Source: Longimicrobiales bacterium
GTDB taxonomy: Bacteria; Gemmatimonadota; Gemmatimonadetes; Longimicrobiales; Gaopeijiaceae
Assembly (NCBI GenBank): GCA_965116905.1
Contig: OZ220732.1
Coordinates: 1,312,001-1,376,000, forward strand
DNA: 64,000 nt
Direction: 5' to 3'
Shown here: one piece after another, positions 50,330 to 59,516 of the stretch
Numbering within the stretch: the stretch's first letter is position 1
How the letters are laid out: the number at the start of each line of letters is the position of its first letter
Translations under genes and position numbers: made by a program
Notes under the pieces: model-generated
What the model was told of the DNA's origin: nothing
Seen by the model: the letters and a program-made list of their open reading frames with translations, nothing else
Databases searched by the model: none

Positions 50330-51918
50330 CGGGGACGGCCGGACGCGCCGGTCGTGGTCGGAGCACCCGAATCCCGGCCGGATGCGCGCACCTCCCGTTT
50401 CAGCGCTCCGCGGTCCACCTTGCCCAGGTGCGTGCGCGGCAGGTCGGCCAGGATATGGATCGCGCGCGGGTGCTTGTAGGACTCCAGCCGGGCGGCGACG
50501 TGGGCGCGGAGGCCGGCGACGTTTCCGCGGGGGTCGTCCTCGCGGGGCACAAGCACCACGAACGCCTCCGGAACCGTCAGTCCGTCTTCGGTCTCGATCC
50601 CCACCACCGCCGCCTCCTTTACACGCGGGTGTTGCAGCAGGCACTCCTCGGCCTCCCCGGGCGAAAACCACTTCCCCGAGACCTTGAGCAGGTCGTCGGC
50701 GCGTCCCTGGTAGCTGAAGCACCCGTCCTGGTCGCGCGTCATCATGTCGCCCGAAATGTACCACTCCCCGGCGAACGCGTGGCGCGTCGCTTCCGGGTGC
50801 TGCCAGTAGCCGTGCGCGAGGGACCCGCCCCGCACCCGCATCCGGCCGACTTCGCCGGTCTCCACCTCGTTGCCGTCGTCGTCGCAGAGCAGGACCTCGA
50901 ATCCGGGAACCGCGCGGCCGAGCGTCCCGGGCCGCACCTCGCCGGGCCGATTCGAGATGAAGACGTGCCACATCTCGGCCGTGCCGAGCCCATCGAGGAG
51001 TTCGACGCCGAAGGTGTCGTCCCAGCGGTGGTGCAGGGTGGGCGGCAGGGGTTCGCCGGCCGAGGTGGACAGCCGCAGACAGCTCAGGTCCCGGGCGTGC
51101 GCGTCCGGGTGGGCGACCATGTGATTCACCATGGTAGGGACGTTGACCAGGATCGTGGGGCGGTGGCGGGCGATCTGCGTGAACAGCTCGTCGGCGGTGC
51201 AGCGCTCCGGAAAGAGCACGGCCGAGGCGCCTGCGGCGAGGGGAAAAAAGAGGTTGGAGCCGGTGGCGTACCCGAAGTAGAGCTTGGGCACCGAGAGGGT
51301 GATGTCCTCGGGCGCGTAGCGGAGAACGCCCTTCGCGTAGCATTCGGTGGTGTTGGCAAACGACGCGTGGCTCTGGATCACGCCCTTGGGGCGACCGGTC
51401 GTGCCGCCCGAGAACAGCCAGATCGCGGGGTCGTCGAAATGTGAAGTAAAGTTGACATAATGTAAACTGGAGTTGTCAACAAGAGCATCGTCGTCGGGGG
51501 TGCCGAGGACGAGCAGACGGGGTGGATTGGGCGCGCCGCGCGCCGCCTCCAGGAAGGTCGCCGCGTGGTCCGAGTGGATTACGGCGGCTGTCGCGCGCGT
51601 GTAGTCGTACATGTCGCGGACTCGCGACGCGCCCAGGTAGCAGTTCACCATCACGCCGACCGCGCCCATCTTGAGCGCACCGAAGAGCGCGGCGGGGAAG
51701 TCCGGAACGTCGGGGAGACCCACGAGCACGCGGTCTCCGGGACGAACGCCGGCCGCTTCCAGGGCGTTGGCAAACTGGTTGGCGCGGGCCTGCAGCGCCG
51801 CGTAGCTGACGGTGCCGTCGCGTGTCCGCAGGGCGATCCGCTCACCGAGCCCCTCCCGGATCCGGTCGTCCAGGAAGTAGTCGGCGATGTTGAAGGGGTC
51901 GGGAGGGTCGAAGCGCAT
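50326..51918 (-). CDS. Benzoate/2-aminobenzoate-CoA ligase
   Basis: WLFSGGTTGRPKG, KLYFGYATG, SAGEPLP, DGLGTAE, SGD, GRADDLLKV, GKVDR; adjacent to abm-like operon. Confidence 0.85.
   Translation of the reverse strand: MRFDPPDPFNIADYFLDDRIREGLGERIALRTRDGTVSYAALQARANQFANALEAAGVRPGDRVLVGLPDVPDFPAALFGALKMGAVGVMVNCYLGASRVRDMYDYTRATAAVIHSDHAATFLEAARGAPNPPRLLVLGTPDDDALVDNSSLHYVNFTSHFDDPAIWLFSGGTTGRPKGVIQSHASFANTTECYAKGVLRYAPEDITLSVPKLYFGYATGSNLFFPLAAGASAVLFPERCTADELFTQIARHRPTILVNVPTMVNHMVAHPDAHARDLSCLRLSTSAGEPLPPTLHHRWDDTFGVELLDGLGTAEMWHVFISNRPGEVRPGTLGRAVPGFEVLLCDDDGNEVETGEVGRMRVRGGSLAHGYWQHPEATRHAFAGEWYISGDMMTRDQDGCFSYQGRADDLLKVSGKWFSPGEAEECLLQHPRVKEAAVVGIETEDGLTVPEAFVVLVPREDDPRGNVAGLRAHVAARLESYKHPRAIHILADLPRTHLGKVDRGALKREVRASGRDSGAPTTTGASGRPR
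51450..51480. other. AT-rich palindromic, dif-like element inside the CoA-ligase CDS
   Basis: AGTTGACATAATGTAAACTGGAGTTGTCAAC; minus strand reads ...TTTACA-TTATGTCAACT. Confidence 0.4.
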
Positions 51919-51979
51919 CGGTCAGACGGTTTGGGCGGTTGGGTGGCGATTATGTTTAGAGACGAAGGAGGGATCGTCA

Positions 51980-52966
51980 ATGGAGAACCACCTCTGGGGC
52001 CAGGCGACGTGGACGGAGCTGGCGCGTCTCGGTCTTGCCGTCCGTGAACGAGGCGGCCCGGACACCGAGAGCGGCGGCGCGGACGGGAGTGCCCACGCCC
52101 CACCCGGCTCCCGCGTCGTCGCGTTGCTCCCGACCGGCGCGGTCGAGGCCCACGGCCCCCATCTCCCGCTCACCACCGACGTCACGATCGCGAACGCCGC
52201 CGCGCAGGCCGCGCTGCCCGGTCTCCGGCGCCTGGGCCTCCATCCGGTCATTCTGCCCCCCCTGCCGTACACGGCCGCCCCTTTCGCGGCGGGCTTCCCG
52301 GGCACGATCTCGGTGCGTCCCGCGACCGTCACCGCGCTGCTGGCCGACGTGGCGGCCTCGCTGGAACGACAGGGTGCGGCCGCGCTCGTCGTCGTCAACG
52401 CGCACCTCGACCCGGCCCACCTGGACGCGATCCGGAAGGTGGTGCGCGGCGGGAACGCTGCGGGCGCGGCGGTGCCCTCGCGGCACCCGGGTGAGGCCCC
52501 CGCTCGGGACGCGGCTCCGGCTCGCGACGAGGCCCCCACGCGCGACGGGGCCCCCGCTCGCCACGAGGCCCCCACGCGCGACGAAGCCACCGCTCGCGAC
52601 CAGGGCTGGCCCATGCCCGTCATCCACCCCGACCTCACCGAGCGGCGCTGGGCCTCGCGCCTGACCGCGGAATTCAGGAGCGGGGCGTGTCATGCCGGGT
52701 CCTACGAGACCTCGGTGGTGATGGTCGCGGCCCCGGAGCTGGTTCGCGAGGACGAGCGGCGTGGATTGGCCAAAAACCCGGCCTCGCTGTCGGTCGCGAT
52801 CCGTGAGGGCGCGGCCACCTTCGAGGAGGCCGGGGTCACGGCGGCCTACTGCGGCGATCCCGCCGCGGCGACCCGGGAAGAGGGGGAGGAGACCCTGGAG
52901 GTGCTGGCGCGGATCGTGGTCGAAGCGGTGGAAGAGCGGCTGGGGCGAGAGACGAGGCCGGCATGA
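51980..52966 (+). CDS. Creatininase-family amidohydrolase
   Basis: AAGGAGG RBS; LLPTGAVEAHGPHLPLTTD, FPGTIS, VNAH, HAGSYETS. Confidence 0.9.
   Translation: MENHLWGQATWTELARLGLAVRERGGPDTESGGADGSAHAPPGSRVVALLPTGAVEAHGPHLPLTTDVTIANAAAQAALPGLRRLGLHPVILPPLPYTAAPFAAGFPGTISVRPATVTALLADVAASLERQGAAALVVVNAHLDPAHLDAIRKVVRGGNAAGAAVPSRHPGEAPARDAAPARDEAPTRDGAPARHEAPTRDEATARDQGWPMPVIHPDLTERRWASRLTAEFRSGACHAGSYETSVVMVAAPELVREDERRGLAKNPASLSVAIREGAATFEEAGVTAAYCGDPAAATREEGEETLEVLARIVVEAVEERLGRETRPA
52493..52600 (+). repeat. Six 18-bp in-frame tandem units encoding EAP(A/T)RD-like hexapeptides
   Basis: Seen directly inside the creatininase-family gene. Confidence 0.9.
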
Positions 52967-53799
52967 AGCGCGATGCGGGCAAGGCGATTGGCGCCACGGT
53001 GCGCGAGGCGCTGGACGATCGCCCCCGGGGCGCGCCGGATCTGGCTGGACGCGGCGCCGTCGTCACGGGCGGAGGGCGGGGGATCGGGCTGGCGGTTGCC
53101 CGGGCGCTGACCCGTGAAGGGGCGGCCGTGGTTGTCACTGCACGCACGGCGGCCGAGATCGAAGCCGTCGCGGAACGGTTGCGCGCGGAGGGCCGCACCG
53201 CGCACGCGGTGTCCTGCGACGTCACGGACCCCGACTCGGTGGCTGCGATGGCCGCCCGCGCCGGCGAGTTGCTGGGTGGCGTCGACATCCTGGTCAACAA
53301 CGCCGGGGTCGCGGCTTCCGCACCCTTCGGCAAGGTCACCGTGGAGCAGTGGGAGTGGGTGCATCGCGTGAACGCGACCGGTCCGCTTCTATGTACCCAG
53401 GCGTTCCTGCCCGCCATGGTGGAAGGGGGATGGGGCCGCATCGTCAACGTCGCGTCGGTCGCGAGCCTCGAGGGCGCGCGCTACATCACATCGTACGCCG
53501 CCTCGAAACACGCGCTGCTGGGAATGACGCGCTGTCTCGCGGCCGAACTGGCCGGAACCGGCGTCACGGCCAACTCCGTGTGCCCCAGCTACGTGGACAC
53601 GCCCATGACGGACGAGAACATCGCGCGGATCGCGGCGAAGACGGGGCGCGGCGCATCCGACATTCGGGCGGGCCTGGAAGACAGGCAGCCCGGGGGGCGG
53701 TTCATCACCGTCGAGGAGGTGGCGCACGCCGTGATGACGTTTATGCCCGACGGCGCGGCGTCGCTGCAGGGCAGTGAGCTGGTGGTCCGCGGCCGATGA
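52963..53799 (+). CDS. SDR (3-hydroxyacyl-CoA dehydrogenase-like, abm cluster)
   Basis: VTGGGRGIG, DILVNNAG, YAASK, CPSYVDTPM. Confidence 0.88.
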   Translation: MKRDAGKAIGATVREALDDRPRGAPDLAGRGAVVTGGGRGIGLAVARALTREGAAVVVTARTAAEIEAVAERLRAEGRTAHAVSCDVTDPDSVAAMAARAGELLGGVDILVNNAGVAASAPFGKVTVEQWEWVHRVNATGPLLCTQAFLPAMVEGGWGRIVNVASVASLEGARYITSYAASKHALLGMTRCLAAELAGTGVTANSVCPSYVDTPMTDENIARIAAKTGRGASDIRAGLEDRQPGGRFITVEEVAHAVMTFMPDGAASLQGSELVVRGR

Positions 53800-54323
53800 C
53801 CTTCGAGATCGTGAACCCGGCGGCGCTTGGCTCTCCGCGTGGCTGGAACAACGGGATGCTCGCGCCGGAGGGCGGCAGGGTGCTCTTCGTCGCCGGACAG
53901 ATCGGGGTGGCGGGCGAAGGGGAGAGACGCGATCCGGAGGGAGGCGGTCGCGACGGGGCCGGTCGGGAGGGGGCCGAATCGCGGGATCGAGAGGCCGGCG
54001 GCAGCCCGCTGGTGCGGCAGTTCGGCGCGGCGCTGGCCAACGTCCGGCGTGTGGTCGAGGCGACCGGGGGAGGGGTTGCCGACGTCGGGCGGCTCACCAT
54101 CTACGTGACCGACATGGATGCCTATCGCGGGTCTCTGCCCGAAATCGGGGCCGCGTACAGGGCGGTGTTCGGGAAGCACTTCCCGGCCATGGCGCTGGTG
54201 GCGGTCACCGAGCTGGTGGATCCGCGTGCGGTGGTGGAGGTCGAGGCCACGGCGGTAATCCCGCAGGCGCAATTGGGTGGGCACGCCGCCACCCGACCGC
54301 CCACCGTGAAGGAGAAGCCATGA
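53796..54323 (+). CDS. RidA/YjgF family enamine-imine deaminase
   Basis: PRGWNNG, LFVAGQIG, FGKHFPAMALVAV, VEVEATA. Confidence 0.88.
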   Translation: MTFEIVNPAALGSPRGWNNGMLAPEGGRVLFVAGQIGVAGEGERRDPEGGGRDGAGREGAESRDREAGGSPLVRQFGAALANVRRVVEATGGGVADVGRLTIYVTDMDAYRGSLPEIGAAYRAVFGKHFPAMALVAVTELVDPRAVVEVEATAVIPQAQLGGHAATRPPTVKEKP

Positions 54324-55141
54324 CCGACCTCAAATCCCCTCTCCTGGAGGCTCCGCGCTCGTTTCTCCTGGATTGGGACACCGAGACGAGCGTCGCGCGG
54401 ATCACGCTCAACCGGCCGGAGCGTCTGAACGCGCTGACCTTCGAGGTCTACGACGAGTTGCGGAACACGTTTCGGGCGCTGGACAGCGAGCCCGAGGTGC
54501 GCGCGGTCGTGATCACGGGTGCGGGGCGCGGGTTCTGTACGGGGGGGGATGTCGAGGACATCATTGGGCCGCTGTTCGAGCGGGACTTCGAGGGGCTGCT
54601 GGAGTTCACGCGCATGACCTGCGACCTGATTCTGGCGATGCGGCAGTGCCGTCAGCCGGTGATCGGGGCGCTGAACGGGACGGTGGCGGGTGCGGGCGCG
54701 GTGATTGCCACGGCTTGCGATGTGCGGATCGCGGCGGAGTCGGCCCGGATCGCGTATCTGTTTACACGGGTCGGGCTGTCGGGCGCGGACATGGGCGCGG
54801 CGTGGCTGCTGCCGCGGATCGTCGGTTTCGGGCGGGCGAGTGAGCTGCTCATGACCGGCGAGTTCGTCGATGCGGCCGAGGCCCACCGGATCGGGCTCTA
54901 CAACCGGGTGGTGCCCGACGGCGAGGTGCTCGATGCGGCGACGGCGTTCGCGGAGAAGCTGGCGCGCGGGCCGTCCTTTGCGCTGCGGATGACCAAGGAA
55001 GCGCTCAACCGGGAGGCGCACATGGAGCTGGAGCAGGCGCTCGAGGCCGAGGCGCGGGTGCAGGCGGCCTGCATGCTCAACCCGAACTTCCGCGAGGCAT
55101 ACGAGGCGTTCGTGGAGAAGCGGAAACCCCGTTTTGTTTGA
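54320..55141 (+). CDS. Enoyl-CoA hydratase family protein
   Basis: AAGGAG RBS; LNRPERLNAL, FCTGGD, AGAG, GADMGAAWLLPRIVG. Confidence 0.9.
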   Translation: MTDLKSPLLEAPRSFLLDWDTETSVARITLNRPERLNALTFEVYDELRNTFRALDSEPEVRAVVITGAGRGFCTGGDVEDIIGPLFERDFEGLLEFTRMTCDLILAMRQCRQPVIGALNGTVAGAGAVIATACDVRIAAESARIAYLFTRVGLSGADMGAAWLLPRIVGFGRASELLMTGEFVDAAEAHRIGLYNRVVPDGEVLDAATAFAEKLARGPSFALRMTKEALNREAHMELEQALEAEARVQAACMLNPNFREAYEAFVEKRKPRFV

Positions 55142-56291
55142 CGGCGGCGGACTGTCGCTGGAGCCGGTGGCGGCGTTCATCGAGCCGTCGCACCGGGAGT
55201 ACCGCGAGCGGGTCCTGTCGTTTTGCGAGGAGGAGATCGGGGACGGGCGCGATCCGGACACCGATGCGGCGGCGCGGGCGCGGGCGCGGGAGCTGGTGGA
55301 GCGGATGGGGGCGGCGGGGCTCTTCCGGCCGATTGCCGAGGGGGATGTGCGGGGCTGTCTGGTCGCGCGCGAGGTGCTGGCGTGGTGGTCGCCGCTCGCG
55401 GACACGGTCTTTGCGTTGCAGGGGCTGAGCGCGACCCCGGGCCTGATCCGGGACGTGGATCCCGGAGGGTGGGTGGAGCGCGCGGTGGCGGGCGAAGCAA
55501 TGGGTGCATTTGCCATGACCGAGTGGGCGGCGGGCTCCGATGTGGGGTCGATGACCACCGTGGCGGTGCCCGACGGGTCCGGGTTCAGGCTGAACGGCGG
55601 GAAGGCGTTCATTTCCAATGCCGGCATCGCGGATTTCTACGTCGTTTTCGCGTCGACCGACCCCGATGCGGGGACGTGGGGGATCTCGTGCTTCGTCGTG
55701 CCTGCCGACGCGGACGGGTTCGAGTTCACCGGGTCGCTGGTCATGAGCGCGCCGCATCCGCTGGGAGAGGTGAAGTTCAATGACTGTGTGGTGCCGGGCA
55801 GTGCCCTTCTGGGCGAGGTGGGCGGCGGATTCAAGATCGGCATGGCGACGCTCGACCGGCTGCGTCCCACGGTGGCGGCGGCAGCCTGCGGGATGGCGGG
55901 CAGGGCGCTTCGGGAGGCGGTGGACCACGCGCGCGGACGAGAACAGTTCGGGAAGCGCCTGGCTTCGTTCCAGCTGGTCCAGGAGAAGCTGTCCTCTTCG
56001 GCCATTGACCTGACCGCGGGGCGCCTGCTCGCCTACCGGGCCGGGTGGGAGAAGGACCGGGGGGCGGAACGGATCACGATGGAGGCCGCCATGGCGAAGG
56101 CCTTCTCGACCGAAGCTGCGCAGCGGATCGTGGACCGGGCGGTGCAGGTGTTGGGGGGGCGGGGCGTCCTGGCGGGTCATCCGGTCGACCATCTGTATCG
56201 GTGCGTGCGGGCGCTGAGGATCTACGAGGGGACGACCGAGATTCAGCACCTGATCATCGGGGGCGGGCTCGTGCGGGGTGATGCGGGGTGA
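55134..56291 (+). CDS. Acyl-CoA dehydrogenase
   Basis: [41 protein letters not shown]. Confidence 0.92.
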   Translation: MFDGGGLSLEPVAAFIEPSHREYRERVLSFCEEEIGDGRDPDTDAAARARARELVERMGAAGLFRPIAEGDVRGCLVAREVLAWWSPLADTVFALQGLSATPGLIRDVDPGGWVERAVAGEAMGAFAMTEWAAGSDVGSMTTVAVPDGSGFRLNGGKAFISNAGIADFYVVFASTDPDAGTWGISCFVVPADADGFEFTGSLVMSAPHPLGEVKFNDCVVPGSALLGEVGGGFKIGMATLDRLRPTVAAAACGMAGRALREAVDHARGREQFGKRLASFQLVQEKLSSSAIDLTAGRLLAYRAGWEKDRGAERITMEAAMAKAFSTEAAQRIVDRAVQVLGGRGVLAGHPVDHLYRCVRALRIYEGTTEIQHLIIGGGLVRGDAG

Positions 56292-58693
56292 AGGTCAATG
56301 TGATCGGCGGTGGGCCCGGCGGACTTTTTGCCGCCCTGCTGCTCAAGAAGTCGGATCCGGCGCGAAGGATCGAGGTCTTCGAGCGCAACCGGCCGGATGA
56401 CACCTTCGGCTTCGGGGTTGTCTTCTCCGATGCGACGCTCGAGGAGGTGGCCGAGGCGGATCCGGCGACGTTCCGCGCGATCGAGGAGCGCTTCTATCAC
56501 TGGGACGACATCCACATCCACTACCAGGGTGAACTCCTGGAGTCGACGGGGCACGGGTTCGCGGGACTGTCGCGCCGCGAGCTTCTGCTGCTGCTCCAGC
56601 GGCGCTGCCGGGAGGTCGGGGTCGGGTTGCACTTCGAGACCGCAGTCGGCGATCCGCCGGCTGGGGGAGCGACCGGCGTGCCTCTGGCATCCCGTTTTCT
56701 CGACGCCGACGTCGTGATCGGTGCCGACGGACTCAACAGCGTGGTGCGGGAGCGGTTTGCGGAGGCGTTCGAGCCGGCTGTCGACCTGAGGCCGAACCGC
56801 TTCGTCTGGCTCGGTACGACGCGGCCCTTCCCGGCATTCACCTTCTACTTCCGCGAGGACGAGCACGGGCTCTGGCGCGTGCACGCGTACCAGTACGACG
56901 CTTCGGGGAAGTCGACGTTCATCGTGGAGGCTACCGAACGAACCTGGCGCCGGGCAGGCATGGATACGGCCAGCGAGCAGGAGACGGTGTGCTTTCTGAC
57001 GCGCCTGTTCGCGGAGGAACTCGACGGGCACCCGCTGATATGCAACCGCTCGGTTTGGCGGCGGTTCCCCACCGTAGTGAACGCGCGCTGGTCGGCCGAC
57101 AACGTGGTCCTGATCGGAGATGCGGCGCACACGGCGCACTTCTCGGTGGGATCGGGGACCCGGTTGGCGATGTTGGACGCGATTGCGCTCGCCGGGGCGA
57201 TGGAAGGGGTGGGCGGGACGGGGGGCAGGCCGGTGGGCGACGCCTCCGCGGGCACCCTCGCCGATGCCCTCGCCGCCTACGAGTCGGAGCGGCGTCGGCC
57301 CGTGGAGTCGCTGCAGCGGGCGGCGCAGGCGAGCCTGCAATGGTTCGAGGACACGGAGCGCTACTTCCGTCTCGAGCCGGTCCAGTTCGGTTTCTCGCTG
57401 CTTACGAGAAGTCTGCGGATCTCGCACGAAAACCTGCGGGAGCGCGACCCTGCGTTCGTGGATCGTGTGGACCGATGGGTGGCCCGGCAGGCGGAGGCGC
57501 AGGCCGGCGTGACCATTGCCGGGAACGAGGCGGCCCTGGGAATCGACCGAGCCCCCGGGGACCGCTCGCCTCCTCCTCCCCTTTTCACGCCGTTCCGCCT
57601 GCGCGACCTGGTGCTGGCCAACCGGGTGGGCGTGTCGGCGATGTGCCAGTACTCGGCCGACGACGGGACGGTCGACGACTGGCACCTCGTGAACCTCGGC
57701 TCGCGTGCGGTCGGCGGGGCGGGGCTCGTGATGGCCGAGATGACCGCGGTCGGGCGGGACGGCCGCATTTCGCCGGGTTGCGCGGGCATCTACGACGAGG
57801 GGCACGTGGTTGCGTGGCGCCGACTGGTCGAGTTTGTGAAACGTTTCACAAGCGCGCGCGTCGGCATCCAGCTCGGCCACGCGGGCCGCAAGGCTTCGAC
57901 GCGGCTGGATTGGGAGGGCCCGAACGAGCCGCTGGAAGAAGGCGGGTGGCCGATCGTGTCGGCCTCGCCGATCGGTTTTTTCGAACACAGCCCGGTGCCG
58001 GCGGAGTTGGACGAGGCGGGGATGGAGGCGCTGATCGCGGAATTCGAGCGCTCCACGGCAATGGCGGATGCGGCCGGCTTCGACATGGTCGAGATCCACA
58101 TGGCGCACGGCTACCTCCTCGCGAGCTTCCTGTCCCCCCTGACCAACGAGCGCACGGACCGCTACGGCGGCAGCCTCGAGAACCGGCTGCGCTTTCCGCT
58201 GCGTGTGGTCGACGCGGTGCGGTCGCTGTGGCCGGACGAGCGTCCGCTCTCGGTCCGTCTTTCCGCGGTGGACTGGTGGCCCGGCGGCAACGAGCCCGAA
58301 GACGCGGTGGATATCGCCCGCGCGCTGAATGCCCACGGCTGCGACATCGTGGACGTGTCGACGGGACAGACGGTGCCCTACCAGCAACCCAGGTACGGCC
58401 GCCAGTTCCAGACGCCCTTCGCCGACCGGATTCGGCACGAGGTCGGGATCGCGACCATGGCCGTGGGCAACATCTCGTCGTTCGAGGACGTCAACGGGAT
58501 CATCGCGGCGGGGCGCGCGGACCTCTGCCTCATGGCGCGCGCCCACCTGTGGGATCCATACTGGACAAGGCACGCCGCGTACGCGCTGGGGTATCCGCTG
58601 CCGTGGCCCCCCCAGTACGAGACGCTGAACAACTACACGCCGCGGTTCGGGTCGGCCGCCGGCGCGTACGGACCGGACACCGGAAATGAGTAA
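56288..58693 (+). CDS. abmA: Anthraniloyl-CoA monooxygenase/reductase (bifunctional flavoprotein + OYE-like domain)
   Basis: IGGGPGGL, DTFGFGVVFSD, GDAAHTAHFSVGSGT, MCQYSA, HMAHGYLL, ARAHLWDPYW. Confidence 0.9.
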   Translation: MKVNVIGGGPGGLFAALLLKKSDPARRIEVFERNRPDDTFGFGVVFSDATLEEVAEADPATFRAIEERFYHWDDIHIHYQGELLESTGHGFAGLSRRELLLLLQRRCREVGVGLHFETAVGDPPAGGATGVPLASRFLDADVVIGADGLNSVVRERFAEAFEPAVDLRPNRFVWLGTTRPFPAFTFYFREDEHGLWRVHAYQYDASGKSTFIVEATERTWRRAGMDTASEQETVCFLTRLFAEELDGHPLICNRSVWRRFPTVVNARWSADNVVLIGDAAHTAHFSVGSGTRLAMLDAIALAGAMEGVGGTGGRPVGDASAGTLADALAAYESERRRPVESLQRAAQASLQWFEDTERYFRLEPVQFGFSLLTRSLRISHENLRERDPAFVDRVDRWVARQAEAQAGVTIAGNEAALGIDRAPGDRSPPPPLFTPFRLRDLVLANRVGVSAMCQYSADDGTVDDWHLVNLGSRAVGGAGLVMAEMTAVGRDGRISPGCAGIYDEGHVVAWRRLVEFVKRFTSARVGIQLGHAGRKASTRLDWEGPNEPLEEGGWPIVSASPIGFFEHSPVPAELDEAGMEALIAEFERSTAMADAAGFDMVEIHMAHGYLLASFLSPLTNERTDRYGGSLENRLRFPLRVVDAVRSLWPDERPLSVRLSAVDWWPGGNEPEDAVDIARALNAHGCDIVDVSTGQTVPYQQPRYGRQFQTPFADRIRHEVGIATMAVGNISSFEDVNGIIAAGRADLCLMARAHLWDPYWTRHAAYALGYPLPWPPQYETLNNYTPRFGSAAGAYGPDTGNE

Positions 58694-59477
58694 CGGCGAC
58701 GAAACGATGAACTACCAGCGCTTCGCCATGCTTCCGGAGCTGCTTTCCCTCCAGCGGCCGCTGTCCGACCCGCCGGAGCACGACGAGATGCTCTTCATCA
58801 TCGTGCACCAGGTACACGAGCTCTGGTTCAAGGCGGCGCTTCACGAACTCGACCACGCACGGGAGCTGCTTGTGGGCGGCGATGAGGCCCGGGTGGCCGC
58901 GACCCTCAAGCGTGTGCGTTCCATCATGAAGGTGCTGGTGGGCCAGCTGGACATCCTGGAAACGATGACACCCGTCGAGTTCGAGTCCTTCCGCGATCGC
59001 CTCGACACGGCCAGCGGCTTCCAGTCGGCCCAGTTCCGGGAGCTGGAGTTCGCGCTGGGAATCAAGCGGGCGTCGGTGCTCAAGACGTTTCCCGATTCCG
59101 ACGAAAACCGGCGGCTGCAACAGAGACTCGAGGAGCCATCGCTCTGGGACGCCTTCCTGCGGTTCCTGGACGGCAGAGGGTACAGGGTCCCGGACGGGGC
59201 CCTGGCCCGCGACGTGACCGAACCCGTCACGCCCGACCCCGAGTTGCAGGGAGTGCTGGTCGATGCCTACCGCTCCGATCCGGGGCTGATCAACCTCTGC
59301 GAGCGCCTGGTCGATCTCGACGAGGGGTTCCAGGAGTGGCGCTACCGGCACATCAAGATGGTCGAGCGTACAATCGGCAACAAACCGGGAACGGGCGACA
59401 GCGCCGGGGTGGCCTACCTGGTGACCACGATGACCGCGGCGTTCCCGGACCTGTGGGAGATGAGGTCGGCGCTGTGA
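58686..59477 (+). CDS. kynA: Tryptophan 2,3-dioxygenase
   Basis: HDEMLFIIVHQVHELWFK, ASGFQSAQFR, WRYRH, VERTIGNKPGTG. Confidence 0.95.
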   Translation: MSNGDETMNYQRFAMLPELLSLQRPLSDPPEHDEMLFIIVHQVHELWFKAALHELDHARELLVGGDEARVAATLKRVRSIMKVLVGQLDILETMTPVEFESFRDRLDTASGFQSAQFRELEFALGIKRASVLKTFPDSDENRRLQQRLEEPSLWDAFLRFLDGRGYRVPDGALARDVTEPVTPDPELQGVLVDAYRSDPGLINLCERLVDLDEGFQEWRYRHIKMVERTIGNKPGTGDSAGVAYLVTTMTAAFPDLWEMRSAL

Positions 59478-59516
59478 CCGAGGGGGACACCGGGCCGCGC
59501 CCCGACGGGACAGACC

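Noticed and set aside
51918..51980. Strand switch as a replication origin
   Set aside because: No DnaA-box cluster or dnaA; divergent catabolic operons explain it, and the G-rich stretch is only local.
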